Made by a program: the position numbers and the translations under genes. From Octopus vulgaris (Eukaryota), in the NCBI GenBank assembly GCA_951406725.2, contig OX597817.1, positions 48,918,001-48,982,000 of the forward strand: DNA of 64,000 nt, given 5' to 3'. Positions within the stretch are counted from its first letter, which is position 1. Each line of letters starts with the position of its first letter. Under the pieces are notes generated by a model. That model saw only the letters and a program-made list of their open reading frames with translations. It made no database searches and was not told the origin of the DNA. This document shows, piece after piece, positions 1 to 12,458 of the stretch.

Positions 1-199
1 TTAAGGTAACTGCTTATTTCATAAAATTAACATCCACTTGAAAGCTGAACATACTGGAACACCTCCGGATTTCACCAAACACACTGAAGTTCTAAACTAC
101 TAGCTTATCTCTCTACATTATTGGTACGATTAGTCCAGTACCCAGCTTTGGCTTGCTGAGACGCTTCTAAAATATTTTGTATTCAAGACGATATCGAAA

Positions 200-475
200 C
201 CGTTTTCATGACACTAGCAGGCAAAATGGAAAAGGCGTTGCCCCGGATAATAGCGATGGAGCTTAATTCATCGAACTGAAAATAAAGTTGTTAACATGGT
301 GAGTCCTTTTCTTTCTATTAAGTTGGAAACTTTGACTGAACGTTGAAATATATCTTCATTGTGTCTTTTCTATAAGTATTTCCATGGTCATTGCTCTGAT
401 TAACTTTCTAGTTTAGTACACTTTGCCAAGATCTTTAAACGTGTCACCCGCTTCTCTTCTCAGGTGCATCGTTCA
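200..475 (-). mobile_element. Possible C-terminal remnant of a CRE/REL-type non-LTR retrotransposon
   Basis: Minus strand 269-222 reads ELSSIAIIRGNAFSIL, resembling the 'LSIAIQRGNA' C-terminal motif of restriction-like-endonuclease LINEs; the surrounding frames are broken. Confidence 0.3.
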
Positions 476-488
476 CTTCGATGCTTCC

Positions 489-697
489 AAAAGGGGTAAC
501 CAACCGGCGGGTTAATTCACTAACCCGGACCCAAATTTCATCCAACCATCATTTATATTTTTAACTCCCATCCGCAAAATATATGTAAATCCATCCGTTT
601 TTCATATATAAGAAGCGTGTTTGTACCCTAAATGTCCCTTGTTTATCCTTGTAATGTCCCCTCTATGTAAACCTTTTTATAGGTAAATAAAGAAATA
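489..697 (+). mobile_element. 5'-truncated non-LTR retroposon 3' end (AATAAAGAAATA-tailed family)
   Basis: TSD tc(a/t)cttcgatgcttcc at 473-488 and 698-713; ends TGTAATGTCCCCTCTATGTAA-ACCT-ttttat-AGGT-AAATAAAGAAATA. Confidence 0.7.
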
Positions 698-792
698 TCT
701 CTTCGATGCTTCCTGTTAGTCAAATGTCCTTTTATTCTAATAGCTTCTTTCCTTGAACTGCTGCTCTCTGGAGCACACTACAATACTCTTTT

Positions 793-1178
793 CTTCTGGT
801 TCATTCATGAAAAGTTAAAGGACTGGGGAAAGGCAGAAATGTCAGATAGATGGGATGTTGTTGGAGGAGCAAGTGAAAGAACTTGAAAATAAACTTGGTG
901 ATGTATACGTGTTGCTTAGGGGAAGATTGGTACAGAAAAAGAGAAATAAACTCTGGAAAATATACGAGTTAAAATTTGGGGATTTCGTAGATTTTGCAGT
1001 AAAATAAGAAAAGGACAAGTAAGTGATGTTGACTGATGGGACAGTTAACATCACTTTCACCTCTCATCTATCACCTTTTTTTCCATCCTATCATTCGACT
1101 ATTTTTTTTTGATGTTTTGTGTCTCCAGTGTGTTGTAATGTCTTATCTATATAAAACCGTATGGTGAATAAAGAAATA
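793..1178 (+). mobile_element. 5'-truncated relative of the ORF1-only retroposon at 39718-41377
   Basis: TSD aatactctttt at 782-792 and 1179-1189; purine-rich open frame ends in TAA at ~1007; 3'UTR hairpin AAGTGATGTTGAC..GTTAACATCACTT is homologous to 41229-41263; same AATAAAGAAATA tail. Confidence 0.7.
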
Positions 1179-2027
1179 AATACTCTTTTAAGATTTCTGT
1201 CAATTAACGTCTTTTAAATTTGTAGGGCCCTTCATTGATGTTCCTTATGCTATAGTAACATCAAACGTTGTTTGAGATAAAAATTATAAAAATATTGCAA
1301 GATGAATCAATTGATTAAACTTCAATTAGAAAATGGTACTGGAAAGACTTCTGTCCCCCTCCCTCCATTTTCTCCCAAATTTGTTTAGTTTCATAATTAA
1401 TTTTTTTGCCAAAAATCGCCGTTTTTGGATACGGAGGTTCCGGAAAATTGCCAAAAATTGGCATTGTGAATTTTTTCCCCCCAACTTCTTCAATTTTAAC
1501 TTTTTTTCCAACACTAATCCTAAAACCGTAACTGTAAGTACAGAACTGTTTTGAAATGTCCGCATTTTTCCGTATATTTAAAAAACAAATTTGTAAAATT
1601 TTTTTGAAATTTTTTTCAGAATCATAATCTCCGTATTTTTCTGCATATTTTGAAAAAAAAAATTGTGTAAAAAGTTAGTGGGGTGGGGTGGGGGCAATTT
1701 AGAAATGTCGATTTTTGCCAATTTTTTGCATATTCGAAAAGCGGGGGTTGGTGTCGAAAAAAAAATTTTTTAAGGGTGATTGGCGGGGGAGGTGAAGTCT
1801 TGCCATGGTGCCATTAGAATTTGAATATAAATAAGCATTCAATTTTATCAAACCTCGCGTCGATAAAATTAAATGCTTATGTAATACAAATATTACAGTA
1901 AAAAAATAAATATCCATTAAAGACTGGAATTAGAAATAAAGAACCGCAAAACTTAGTATTTATTGAAGCCGATTCTAAAATGGGTTTGCATTTAATATGG
2001 CAAGTTGAATATTGCTAAACTCGCTTA

Positions 2028-2235
2028 GGCTGCGAGCTGGCAGAAACGTTAGCACACAAGACAAAATACGTAATGGCGTTTCTTCCAGCTTTACGCTCGG
2101 TGTGCATATGCTGTCGAGGTCGACTTTACCTCTCATCTTTTCAGGGTTGAAAACGAAATACTAGTTGAGCACTGGTAGTCGATGTAATTGACTTGCTCCG
2201 TCCCTTAAAATTGCTGGCTCTGTGTCAAAATTAGA
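2028..2235 (+). mobile_element. tRNA-derived SINE family A (Deu/Nin-like domain), older copy
   Basis: GGC.GCGAGCTGGCAGAA head, degenerate GCCTTTCATCCTTTCGGGGTCGAT core, AAATTGCTGGC tail running into (ATT)n. Confidence 0.75.
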
Positions 2236-2254
2236 ATATTATTACTATTGTTTA

Positions 2255-2600
2255 GGCGGCGAGCTGGCAGAATCGTTAGCACGCCGGACGAAATGTTTAG
2301 CGGTATTTCGCCCGTCGCTACGTTCTGAGTTCAAATTCCGCCGAGGTCGACTTTGCCTTTCATCCTTTCGGAGTCGATTAAATAAGTACCAGTTATGCAC
2401 TGGGGTCGATATAATCGACTAATCCGTTTGCCTGTCCTTGATTGTCCTCTCTGTGTTTAGCCCCTTGTGGGTTGTAAAGAAATAGGTATTTCGTCTGTCT
2501 TTACGTTCTGAATTCAAATTCCACCGAGGTCGACTTTACCTTCCATCCTTTTGGGGTCAATGAAATAAGTACCAGGCTTGAAACCAATATTATTACTATT
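2255..2600 (+). mobile_element. SINE A dimer (A2 unit plus 5'-truncated unit)
   Basis: A/B-box head, Nin-like core, tail ..TAAAGAAATA, then restart at GGTATTTCGTCTG. Confidence 0.85.
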
Positions 2601-2619
2601 GTTGATAATGTAATTGATT

Positions 2620-3420
2620 TGAATATTGAAAATGAATTGATCGCACGTGTTAAATATTCGGAATTTTCACTTTCACAAAAATGCAAGCCACAATTCGACT
2701 CCGTCCATGTACGAAACCGAATAAATGGAAGACTAGACGACTGACATTTACAAAAAAAAAAAAGAAGCAAATTGGCAAGCGAAGGATTAGAAACTGAAAT
2801 CTGAAGCAATGCATTATAACCAACTGATAACAGCGACGAAACTGTATCAACCATCAGAAACTGGATGACAAAGTTTGAAACTGAAGCAATATAAAAGCCA
2901 CTATAAGCATACTGAAGTTGATTGTTATTAGTGCACCTGGGAAAAGATTCAAGAATTCTGATGCTCCTAAAAATTACCAATTCCAAAAAAATGTAAACTC
3001 GTCATTAATATTATTTTCAGAATATTCGTTAATCATGACAAATCTTAAAGCACCTTTAAAAAAACTGACAAAAAAAATTAAATGACTGCCAATAAAACTT
3101 TAACGAGTTCAAACGAGTTGGTAATTATTAATTTTGCTGTCAAATTTTACGGGTGTAATATTCCTAAAGTATTACCAACAAAAATTTTGACTCAACTTTT
3201 GAATGTCATCGTGGCTTGACTCGAATAAAGCAAATGAGTTTTAGACACTGCTATTGGTGAGAAATACAAGCCTATATACGTGCAGCCGTTTAAATATCTA
3301 ACATGTGAATTGGTTGCTATTGCAACTGATAAAAAGTGTAATGAATGGCCAAAAGCATTTGTGCTAAGTCAAGGAATAGACATCGGCTACTCCGAACTAT
3401 CTATCTACTGTTATTTATGA
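2620..3420 (+). mobile_element. Decayed gypsy-type pol remnant (integrase zinc-binding region)
   Basis: ~3200-3290 translates ECHRGLTRIKQMSFRHCYW*EIQAYIRAAV, matching the H-x-G-xx-R-x-K...YW integrase N-terminal pattern; many stops. Confidence 0.5.
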
Positions 3421-3429
3421 CATCGCTCG

Positions 3430-3775
3430 TGCGTTTATACTGGTTTTAGCTTTAAGGTTTTAGGGTTAGGGTTAAGATGTCAGGGTTTTAGGGTTAGGGT
3501 TGTAATAAATGACAAACGAAATATACACTGCCGACTGTTGTTGTTGACAAACAATGGCAGTAATTTTATTCAGCTGAATACACGTCATTGATTGGTTGAA
3601 ATTACCGAAATAGGACAACTTTAACGTGAAATAACTTCGTAAATATAAGTTTTTCTCAAAAATGCCAAGAGTAAAAGATGTTTTATATTACACATTCTAA
3701 CAGTGTCCGAAGTTTGAAAGTGTTTAGTTACAAAAAAATATTTTTAAAAATTTGTAGGTCAAAAGGTAAAGATCC
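3430..3775. mobile_element. Partial GGATC-ended MITE with internal TTAGGG repeats
   Basis: Ends ..AAAGATCC like 8732-9141; shares the ACGTCA.TGATTGGTTGAAATT block with 8950-8975 and, inverted, with 58390-58420; TTTAGGGTTAGGG at 3459-3500. Confidence 0.6.
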
Positions 3776-3795
3776 CAATACATTTATATTTTGAA

Positions 3796-4180
3796 GGCGG
3801 TGAGCTGGCGAAAACGTTAGCACGTCGGGCGAAATGCTTAGTGGTATTTCGTCTACCTCTACGTTCTCAGTTCAAATTCCGCCGAGTTACGCACTGAGAT
3901 TGATATAATCGACTAATCCGTTTGTCTGTCCTTGTTTGTCCCCTCTGTGTTTAGCCCCTTGTGGGTAGTAAAGAAATAAGTATTTCGTCTGCCGCTACGT
4001 TCTGAGTTCAAATTACGCCGATGTCGACTTTGCCTTTCATTCTTTCGGGGTCGATTAAATAAGTATCAGTTATGCACTGGGGTCGATATAATCGACTTAA
4101 TCCGTTTGTCTGTCCTTGTTTGTCCCTTCTGTGTAGTAAAGAAATAGGAATTTCGTCTGCCTTTACGTTCTAAGTTCAAA
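3796..4180 (+). mobile_element. SINE A2 tandem (three partial units)
   Basis: Two internal AAAGAAATA|(G/A)G.ATTTCGTCTG junctions. Confidence 0.85.
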
Positions 4181-5216
4181 ACCACGTGGTTGCGAAGTGA
4201 ACTTCTTAACTACAGAGCCATGCCTGCACTTACATGGTAGAGATTATTGTATTGTAAGAATCCGCATTCTATTACTACAGCATTTAATCCCTCTTTCAAT
4301 TAGGTAGGGCTAACTTTTAGGGAATCTGCTGAATGAATTTGTCAAGTAATTTAACCTTCGAAATGATTCAATTACCCGGTCGTTTTATCTCTATGAACAT
4401 GTAAGAAAACCTACATATCTAGAACATAAATTCGGCAAAGTAGTTCCCTCACAAATCTGATTATAGAATTATTAAAAGCGGGGCTTCTGTATTTTACAGG
4501 GCCGATGAAAACGTTTGATATCTGAAAGTTAAATTCCTCATTGAAATGAACCAAGAAAATAATTTGCTGACAGTAACAATTATACAAACTACAGGGTATT
4601 GTAGTTCAGATCAGTCGAGAATTAAGGATTATTTATGGATAAAGCAACGTAGAATTCAGATTTGTTACAAGATACAAAATTTCCAAAATACAGTAACCGA
4701 ATCTCCGATAACATATTTAAAAGACAGATTGACATTTTTCTAGGAATTAAGCATATGTATTATAAGCTGTAAAATGCTGTGTACGCTGTTTGTTGATATA
4801 AAACTCTACTTATTTATCTATATATTATGTGTATATTCATCTATCTTAAATCTATATTTACCGATATAAAATCTTTGTATGCATGTATATACGTGTCTGT
4901 CTGTCTTTGATTACGACGGTAAGCAATTAAAATAAAGTGAAACAAACTTGAACATTTGTAACGTTATAAAAACATTAAAAAGTTTAGAGCAGAATCAACT
5001 TTAGCAAATTTTGGTTCTCGACGGAAAAGATAAGTAGATTTTTTGCATAAATTTACATACAATTAAGCTGCTTTAAGCTGTTTCATAACAAAAGGTGTAA
5101 GATATTTGGAACTAGTTAAAAATACATAGTTGAAGTAACAAATAAGCCCAGTCATATTGTAGAAAGTAGCCTTTTTTAAAGCTCAGAAGTTAAAATATAT
5201 GATTTTATACACAGCC

Positions 5217-5443
5217 TGGCCTTTTAGGCTGCCGGGTTCGATCTTTTAAACTTTTATTCGTTTTCTTTCTTTGTTTTCTTTTTATTTAAAAAAAAATTCT
5301 AGTTTAAAGGAAATTAATCATTGTATAAAATATTTTTAGTAAATTTTTAAAACGATATTCATACGAACTCGTGTAACATTTTTTTTGTTTGTCTCGTAAT
5401 GTCCCTTTCTATGTAAGATCATTTTGATCATAACAAAGATTTC
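5217..5443 (+). mobile_element. Short retroposon 3' end of the same tail family
   Basis: 15-bp TSD attttatacacagcc at 5202-5216 and 5444-5458; GTAATGTCCCTTTCTATGTAA-GATCA-ttt-TGATC followed by a degenerate AACAAAGA tail. Confidence 0.6.
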
Positions 5444-7769
5444 ATTTTATACACAGCCATTGTCAATGTTAGTTTGACAACATTAAAGTTAAGAAAAGTA
5501 TATGTAAATTGTTTTAGAATGATTCTTATCATTTAGTGTCTCAACCGCCGAATGGACTGTAACTTAGTATTCTATTTAACACCAGACCAGTAAGTTTTGA
5601 GGAAGGCGGCAAGTCGATTACATCGGCCCAGTAGTTGACTGGTACTCGTCTTATGGACCCTGAAAGGATCAAAGTCGATCTCAGTGACATTTGAATTCAG
5701 ACCGTGAAGCTTGAAGAAATGCTGCTAAGGAGAAAATGAGTCTAACCTGTCCGTTATTTTCACCATTTCATATAACAGATTTATTCCAAACTGCATTGTT
5801 TGTATCGTAGAAAAAAAAATAAATAAAAATCTCCATCGGCTTATTGGGATCATCTCACTTGATTCTTACACAAAAGGAAATTTTTATCAACTAACTGCTT
5901 CGATAATCGCAGTTGAGTGAAAATTTTCAACCCGCTATAAGGTATGTGTTAATTCCAACCGTATATGTATTCATTAAGCAGAAAATCTCACCTGAATCCT
6001 TTCTTCGCATTCATCTTATTGGCTTTCATTTATGATTCTTCTATTCTCCACTGAATAAATATTCCAGGTAATCCTTTTACAGTTTATTCAATCCTCAGCA
6101 ATATTATTACTATTTTGCTTGTCGCAGCGTTAGTGTTTCGAAGTGCTTGTTATGCTTTCAAAAATCTTAACTAAATCTAAACCATAATGGAGCGATGATA
6201 TGAATACCAAAATTGAAATAAGGAAATTTATAATTGTGGAATTTCCATGGGCTTCTCTAGTTTCGCTTTATATTATTCGATAAACTTCATGTCTCAATAA
6301 TATTCAATTTTAACAAAATGGAATTTTTACAGTTAAATTTATAAACTGAACACAATTGTTTAACCATTGCTTAGTATTTTCGTTCTTGTTTCCAGATTTC
6401 AGTTACATATTTTCAGGGACCATTGTCATAATTTGGAGCAGTTTTTCCTTCTCCCATTGAATTAAAAATAAATATACTTGCTTCATTTTTTTCTATAGCA
6501 ATTTTCTCTCAATTACTTTTGGAATAATATTAAAAAAGTTACAATATTTTCCGAAATTTGTGGTGAGAATGTGTATGCGTGGGCTTGCCAGTGTCACAAA
6601 GTTTTGATGTGTAGTAAAACATTTTAAATAGTACATGTAGATATAATAAATATAAACATGTTCGATTGCGCGATGAACAGCTGAGAAGTTAATAAAATAT
6701 TGAACAGAAGTTGAGGGACAGGCAAACATTTTTGAAACTCATAAAGTAGGGCAGAAGTATTAATTATTTTATAATTGGCGTCGCTCATTGGACTGTGGGC
6801 TATGCTAGAGGAACGCCATCCTGCAATACCATCGATTGACATTTCATAAGTTTTAAATATACAATTCACTTTCTTACGCGGGAACATTTATTGCTAAAAA
6901 GAAAATCATTATATTTGTGAGTCAAACAATACAATGGAAAGAAAAAAAAATTAAGAAAATTGATTGCTTTGCAATTTTCCCATTTTAACGTCACATAAAT
7001 CTGTCGATTACAGGAATTTTGTTTCGTCATATATTTTGTTTTGATTTTATCGAGTAAGTAAAACCGAGACTAGAAAGATAGGAATCGGACGTCCTCATCG
7101 ATTATTTCTAGGCTGCCTCGGGTTGTCTCAGCATCAGTTTCGACAGAGTATGTGCTCTGGATAAATTATTGGAAGAAAAGTAAATGGATACAAGCGCTAT
7201 GCTTCTAAATGCGTGCAAAACAATAAAATACATATTGATAGGAAAAACAATGAAATTTAAAAACAACAACAGAAAAACAACCTCTGGCATTAATGTAGAA
7301 CATTGCGATTATGACCCAGTTTAAACTATAGAATATCACTTGATTGATTTGTCTGTAATCTTGAGCAAATGATGACAATTCCTTACAGCATTCTTTTAGA
7401 ATTCGACGACAGAAAAACAATTATTTAAAATTTCCCTTCTCGCTATAATCGATAAATAGATAGTGAGGTCATTGAGAGAGAAGTAAAAGTGTTCATCAAT
7501 ATCAAAAGTAGTTTATAAATTATCAGAAACGTGGGAGTAAAGATCGATACATATTTCTGGTGTTTATGATATCGGAAAATAAGTGGAAATTTAAATCGTA
7601 TTATCTGTTATTTGACGTCAAATATTTACTATTATAAGTAGCTCTGAAATTTTGGGAGAGAGGACTAGTGGGTTACAGCGACCCCAGTGCTATACTGGTA
7701 CTTAATTTATCGACCTTTGCGAAATTTGAACTCAGAATGTAATGAGTCGGGACTATGGTTGCAGTCCAA

Positions 7770-7815
<46 letters not shown>

Positions 7816-7851
7816 AATCTCTGAGCGGGGTATAAACAGTAGCTGCACGAC

Positions 7852-8053
7852 ATCGTGAAGTATATTTGCCACTTCAATGTGGCTAACCCTTAAGGGTGGA
7901 TGCTACTGTAGCTTGTAGCCCCAGAAGGACACACTTTCTGATAGGGCACAGAAAGTGTGTCAATAGCCAGCTGGAAGTGTCCTCCTGGGGCTACAAGCTA
8001 CAGTAGCATCCACCCTTAAGAGTTAGCCACTTTTAAGTGGCAAATATATTTCA

Positions 8054-8057
<4 letters not shown>
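7852..8057. repeat. Nested fold-back (inverted repeat) embedded in (TA)n
   Basis: ~80-bp arms ATCGTGAA..GGACAC / GTGTCC..TTCACGAT; inner hairpin GACACACTTTCTG-8nt-CAGAAAGTGTGTC. Confidence 0.9.
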
Positions 8058-8101
<44 letters not shown>

Positions 8102-8140
8102 TATAATATATATAATAGTATATTTATATATATTATATTA

Positions 8141-8425
8141 TTTCAGTTTCTTTCTTTGTTGACTACAAATTTCATTTCGTTTTTGGATTTGGTTTGCAAA
8201 ATTCTTTATGTGAGTTCGTGTTTTGAAGTATATTTTGTGTCTGGGGAGAGTCGTTATATTTTAATACCTTGTTATTGAACACACTCACCGGTGAAATTCC
8301 CACTCATTTATTCATTTGTTTTTCTAAAATTTTCGTTGCGTCTTGCAACATTTTCAATTGTTGTTGAGTGTGTTAAATAATAAGGCACTAAAAGAGAATG
8401 ACACTCCCCAGACACCACAGAATAC
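8141..8425. mobile_element. Penelope-like terminal repeat fragment with local inversion
   Basis: 8231-8288 is inverted at 8364-8424; an opposite-orientation homolog lies at 54590-54790; degenerate hammerhead-like GTTGC-aagac-GCAAC-GAAA on the minus strand. Confidence 0.45.
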
Positions 8426-8731
8426 ACATTTTAAATTTGAATATGATATTCTAAATATGTATTTGCAGTTTTGTCTGTGGATCAGGAATTATATTTATCA
8501 CAAATTTCATAAATTATCGCTTAAAACTAGATGTTTTTAATGCTCATTAAATATTATTTGGAGAATTTTTTTTTCCAAAAGTTAAAATATGTTAGTTTAT
8601 GAATTGACTTTCTACACATAAACATTTACAGACCTGCATCTATATGCACGATATGATTGCATGATGGGTTTCATGTTTGTGTGAGGATGTCTTTATATTT
8701 ATCTACCGTCGTTTAGAGCAGAACATTTAGC

Positions 8732-9141
8732 GGATCTTTTCGGCTTGAACGGCAGTTTTTTCTAGCGGTGTCATATGAAATTGTCACCCATAATTATGAC
8801 CCTAGAATCGATCTATTGCATTTCAATCTGTTTTAGGGTTAGGGGTGGGGGAAGGGTATCTTTTTTTTCTTCACAGACGTAAATAAACCCAATCTGTTTC
8901 TTAAACGAGGGACATATTCATACGGCACAGAATGCTTTTTAATTCAATAGACGTCACTGATTGGTTGAAATTGCAGAAATTGAAGAAAAAAACAACAAAT
9001 ATCTTACAAACTATAGAATTTTCTCAATAAAGCCAAGAGAAAAAGATGTTTTATAAACACATTCTACCAGTATACGAAGTTTAAAATTTTTTAGTTACCT
9101 AGAAATTATGTTAAAAACTACCGTTCAAACCGAAAAGATCC
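8732..9141. mobile_element. Complete MITE, GGATCTTTTCGG TIRs, 8-bp TSD (Merlin-like)
   Basis: ~30-bp TIR GGATCTTTTCGG(C/T)TTGAACGG(C/T)AGTTTTT; TSD catttagc at 8724-8731 and 9142-9149; internal TTAGGGTTAGGG. Confidence 0.85.
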
Positions 9142-9357
9142 CATTTAGCTCCAGCGATCACCACCTTGCACAAGCATTCGATACTGTCCGCTTTGTCGAC
9201 GTCTTTCATGGCATTTGAAGTCTTCAACTAAGATTCCCAACATACAGTCAAGATAGGCATAAACGTTTTCTGTCTCTGTCAACTCCAACAAAACAATTAT
9301 TCAGCAATATATAGCTTAAAAGATCACGCGCGTCTATTTGAAATTAGTTATCACTGT

Positions 9358-9735
9358 GGAGGTGCAATGGCCCAGTAGTTAGAGTAGCGGACTCGCGGTC
9401 ATAGAATTGCGGTTTCGATTCCCAGACCGGGCGTTGTGAGTGTTTATTGAATGAAAACACTTAAAGCTCCACAAAGCTCCGGCAGGGGATGGTGGCGAAC
9501 CCTGCTGTACTCCTTCACCACAACCTTCTTCCACTCGTTCTTCCTGTCTCTGTTGTACCTGTATTTCAAAGGGCCAGCCTTGTCACACTCTTTGTCTCAC
9601 TGATTCTCCCCGAGAACAACGTTAAGGGTACACGGGAATGTGGAGTGCTCAGCCATTTGCACGTTAATTTCACGAGCAGGCTGTTTCGTTGATTGGATCA
9701 ACTGGAACACTCGTCGTCGTAACCGACGGAGTGCC
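9358..9735 (+). mobile_element. tRNA-derived SINE family C
   Basis: GGAGG.GCAATGGCCCAGT.GTTAG A box, GGTTTCGATTCCC B box; homologs at 15525-15826 and 42893-43192. Confidence 0.85.
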
Positions 9736-9825
9736 GTAGTAGATATCGCTCATCATTCTGGTCTGTCAAGTACTGTGCTGTGATTCTTTGAATTATTATT
9801 AAAAGAAATCATTGCTATAATTATA

Positions 9826-10165
9826 GCGAGCACATAGAGAGCGTAAACCTCCACCAAGGCGACACCAACGTCCTCTCAACGATTAGCCAGAGATGATTTT
9901 TAAAATGAGAATGTCTGAAATAAACTCGACTGCTCTCACAAAAGAGAATACTAAAAATGAAAATGAATGCTCTCAAAAATTAAGTAAAAATAATCTAGAA
10001 TTTTTGTCCAAAAATCTAATCAGCTCGTTCCAGTCACGTGGTCAAACATCTCTGGGTGTTTCATTTGAATCTATCCAGCGATTCTTGAGATATCTTGTCC
10101 ATGGAGAAACAAACGAACAAACACGTCCGAAAACATTACCTCCGCCTTCGCTAAGTCGCAGTTAA
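9826..10165 (+). mobile_element. Non-autonomous Helentron-like (HINE-type) element
   Basis: 5' GAGCAC..AGAGAGCG.AAACCTCC.CCAAGG and 3' degenerate palindrome ACCTCCGCCTT-cgct-AAG.CG.AG.T. Confidence 0.5.
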
Positions 10166-10211
10166 TAATAATGATAATAATAATTGTTATTATTAATTTC
10201 AGGCCTTATTG

Positions 10212-10420
10212 TGAGGGTGTATGGCCTAGTGTTAAGGCTATCGTATTCACGATCGTGAGATGGCGGTTTCAATTCCTAGACCGGATGGTGCGTTGTGTTC
10301 TTGAGCAAAGCACTTCATCTCGTGTTGCTCTGCAATCACTCCGACACCTGTTCAGGCAACGTCGATGTGATGATGGAGGGAGTGAGCTAATATAGGGGAC
10401 AAACATTTGATCACTATAAA
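10212..10420 (+). mobile_element. tRNA-derived SINE family D (Meta-like domain)
   Basis: TGGCCTAGTGTTAAG head, GCGTTGTGTTCTTGAGCAAAGCACTT core. Confidence 0.7.
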
Positions 10421-10796
10421 AAAAATCCCTTGTTTCGCGAGGCCGTAACTTTGTCTTAGCTTTAAGTTTGTTCATGTATTTAAAAAATGGAAAAAAATTA
10501 GTTAATGGCATTGCTGGAACATTTAGTCTTGCTTATGGCAATTAAATTTAATCACTTATAGTCATTCAACAGATCACTTCCCTTCCAGTATGTCTTAAGT
10601 CATGCATATCAAACGCATTCGCCTGTGTAACATACGTTAAGTTTCCGAGGAAAAAGGTGATATATTACATGTTTCTAATTCTTTTCTGACATACCCCTCA
10701 TCTTGTATTAAACGGGGTCAACGTGAATCACTGGGTCGATGTAATCGAATAATCACCTCAAAACAAATTTCAGGCCTTGTGCCTTTAGTAGAAAGG

Positions 10797-10835
<39 letters not shown>

Positions 10836-10989
10836 TGCCTTATACCATTTAAAACTGAGCATTACTTCCTCTGCCTTTTCAGCCAAGCGTCATTTGCTAG
10901 AGAACTGAGCGTGACTCAGCCAGGAGCGCATTGCCTTCGCTATCGTCCACAGTCCATTTTATTCCGGCAGCTGGTTCATTCATCGCTTT

Positions 10990-11470
10990 CCACAGGACAA
11001 ACGATGACCAGAAAAAATAGCAGTAGTCTCTACAGATTACTTAAGATCATCGACAGGAGCAGAATCACAAACTTCAACGTCCTGAGAAGAAACAATCGGC
11101 ACAGCTTGCAGAAGATGGTGGCACAAAGAAGAGTGAGACTTGCAGGTCATGTTTTCCGCCTGGCAGAAGAACAAGTACCCAGGATGGCTATATAATGGGA
11201 TGGCTAGCGGAGGTAGGTGGGGCGAAGGAAGAAAGGTAGCCTCAAGAAGACATGATGTCCTAATACCTAAGACATCTATACAATAGGTAGCAGCAGAGGG
11301 AAGAAGGAAGTCAGGGAGCCTCAAGTAAGCATGATACCCCACCTTCAAAGAAGACCTGAGGCAGTATAACATCAACTGGGAAGATGCAGGTAACTTAACT
11401 CAAAACCGGGAAGAATTGGAGATATCTTGCTGCCCGATGTGCAGGCCAACTATACGGGAAGGACTAAGAC
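10990..11470 (+). mobile_element. RTE-clade LINE 3' fragment
   Basis: RITNFNVLRR..SLQKMVAQRRVRLAGHVFRL..VPRMAI..TFKEDLRQYNINWEDA, the typical RTE post-RT region. Confidence 0.8.
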
Positions 11471-12009
11471 CATGGTTCGCTCCTCTACGTCTTCACAATA
11501 CACAATATTGGGTTTGATAGAGAATCCTTACTTTCTTCAAGTGAAGGAGTTTCTACTGACGATTGATCACCTTCACCCATGGTTTGATTGAATGCGGTCA
11601 TGAGGGGAGATGTATTGTTGCCACTACATACTCCCTTTCTCTTTTTCTCTCCTATGAACAAAAGTCTGAATCCTTAGAGGTAACATTGCCAGCTAGCATT
11701 TTATGCGACATTTCTATTTATTTTTGCATGTCGAGAAGGCGATTGTTTTTAATGTCACGTCAGAGAGCTTCAAATTACCATCGATGAAACAGCTGGACTT
11801 TCATCCCCAATACCCCATCAGTATAACTTACATATTCCCGCTCTGTTTGCAAAAAAAGAACAGCTCCGCGACATTGAATATAGTCCTTGAGTAAGTTTTG
11901 GACCGTAAATGAAACTACGAAATACATTTCTTAGATATTAAATTCACTTGAAATTTAATGCCTTTATGTACAAGGATGCTGCTTTCTCAATATTATTATA
12001 TCCTAGGAC

Positions 12010-12410
12010 TGAGAGATGGCAGAATCGTTAGCTCGCCAGGCGAAATGCTTAGCGGTATTTCGTCTGCCGCTGCGTTCTGAGTTCAAATTCCGCCGAGGTC
12101 GATTTTGCTTTTCATCCTTTCGGGGGTCGATTAAATAAGTACCAGTTACGCACTGGGATCGATGTAATCGACTTAATCTCTTTGTCTGTCCTTGTTTGTC
12201 CTCTCTGTGTTTAGCCCCTTGTGGGTAGTAAAGAAATAGGTATTTTGTCTGTTTTCAAATTCCGCCGAGGTCGATTTTGCTTTTCATCCTTTCGGGGTCG
12301 ATTAAATAAGTACCAGTTTCGCACTGGGGGCGATGTAATCGACTTAATCCCTTTGTCTGGCCTTGTTTGTCCTGTCTATGTTTAGCTCCCTGTGGACAAT
12401 AAAGAAATAA
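12010..12410 (+). mobile_element. SINE A2 dimer
   Basis: First tail GTAGTAAAGAAATA|GGTATTT, second tail CAATAAAGAAATA; flanked by aatattatt repeats. Confidence 0.9.
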
Positions 12411-12458
12411 ATATTATTGCAGCTTCCCTGTACATAAAGGCATTACATTTCAAGTGAA

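Noticed and set aside
1340-1800. Degenerate inverted-repeat element
   Set aside because: Patchy inverted similarity only; no termini or TSD could be defined
3459-3500. Telomere or telomere-fusion remnant
   Set aside because: Only a few TTAGGG units, internal to a MITE family also seen at 8732-9141
5992-6050. Possible minus-strand exon (ttcag..gtgag) containing MKANKMNAKKGF
   Set aside because: Good splice sites, but no partner exons or recognisable protein; cannot be supported without RNA data
9358-9430. tRNA genes (A/B boxes here and in many similar places)
   Set aside because: These are SINE heads continuing into shared core and tail domains; no complete cloverleaf
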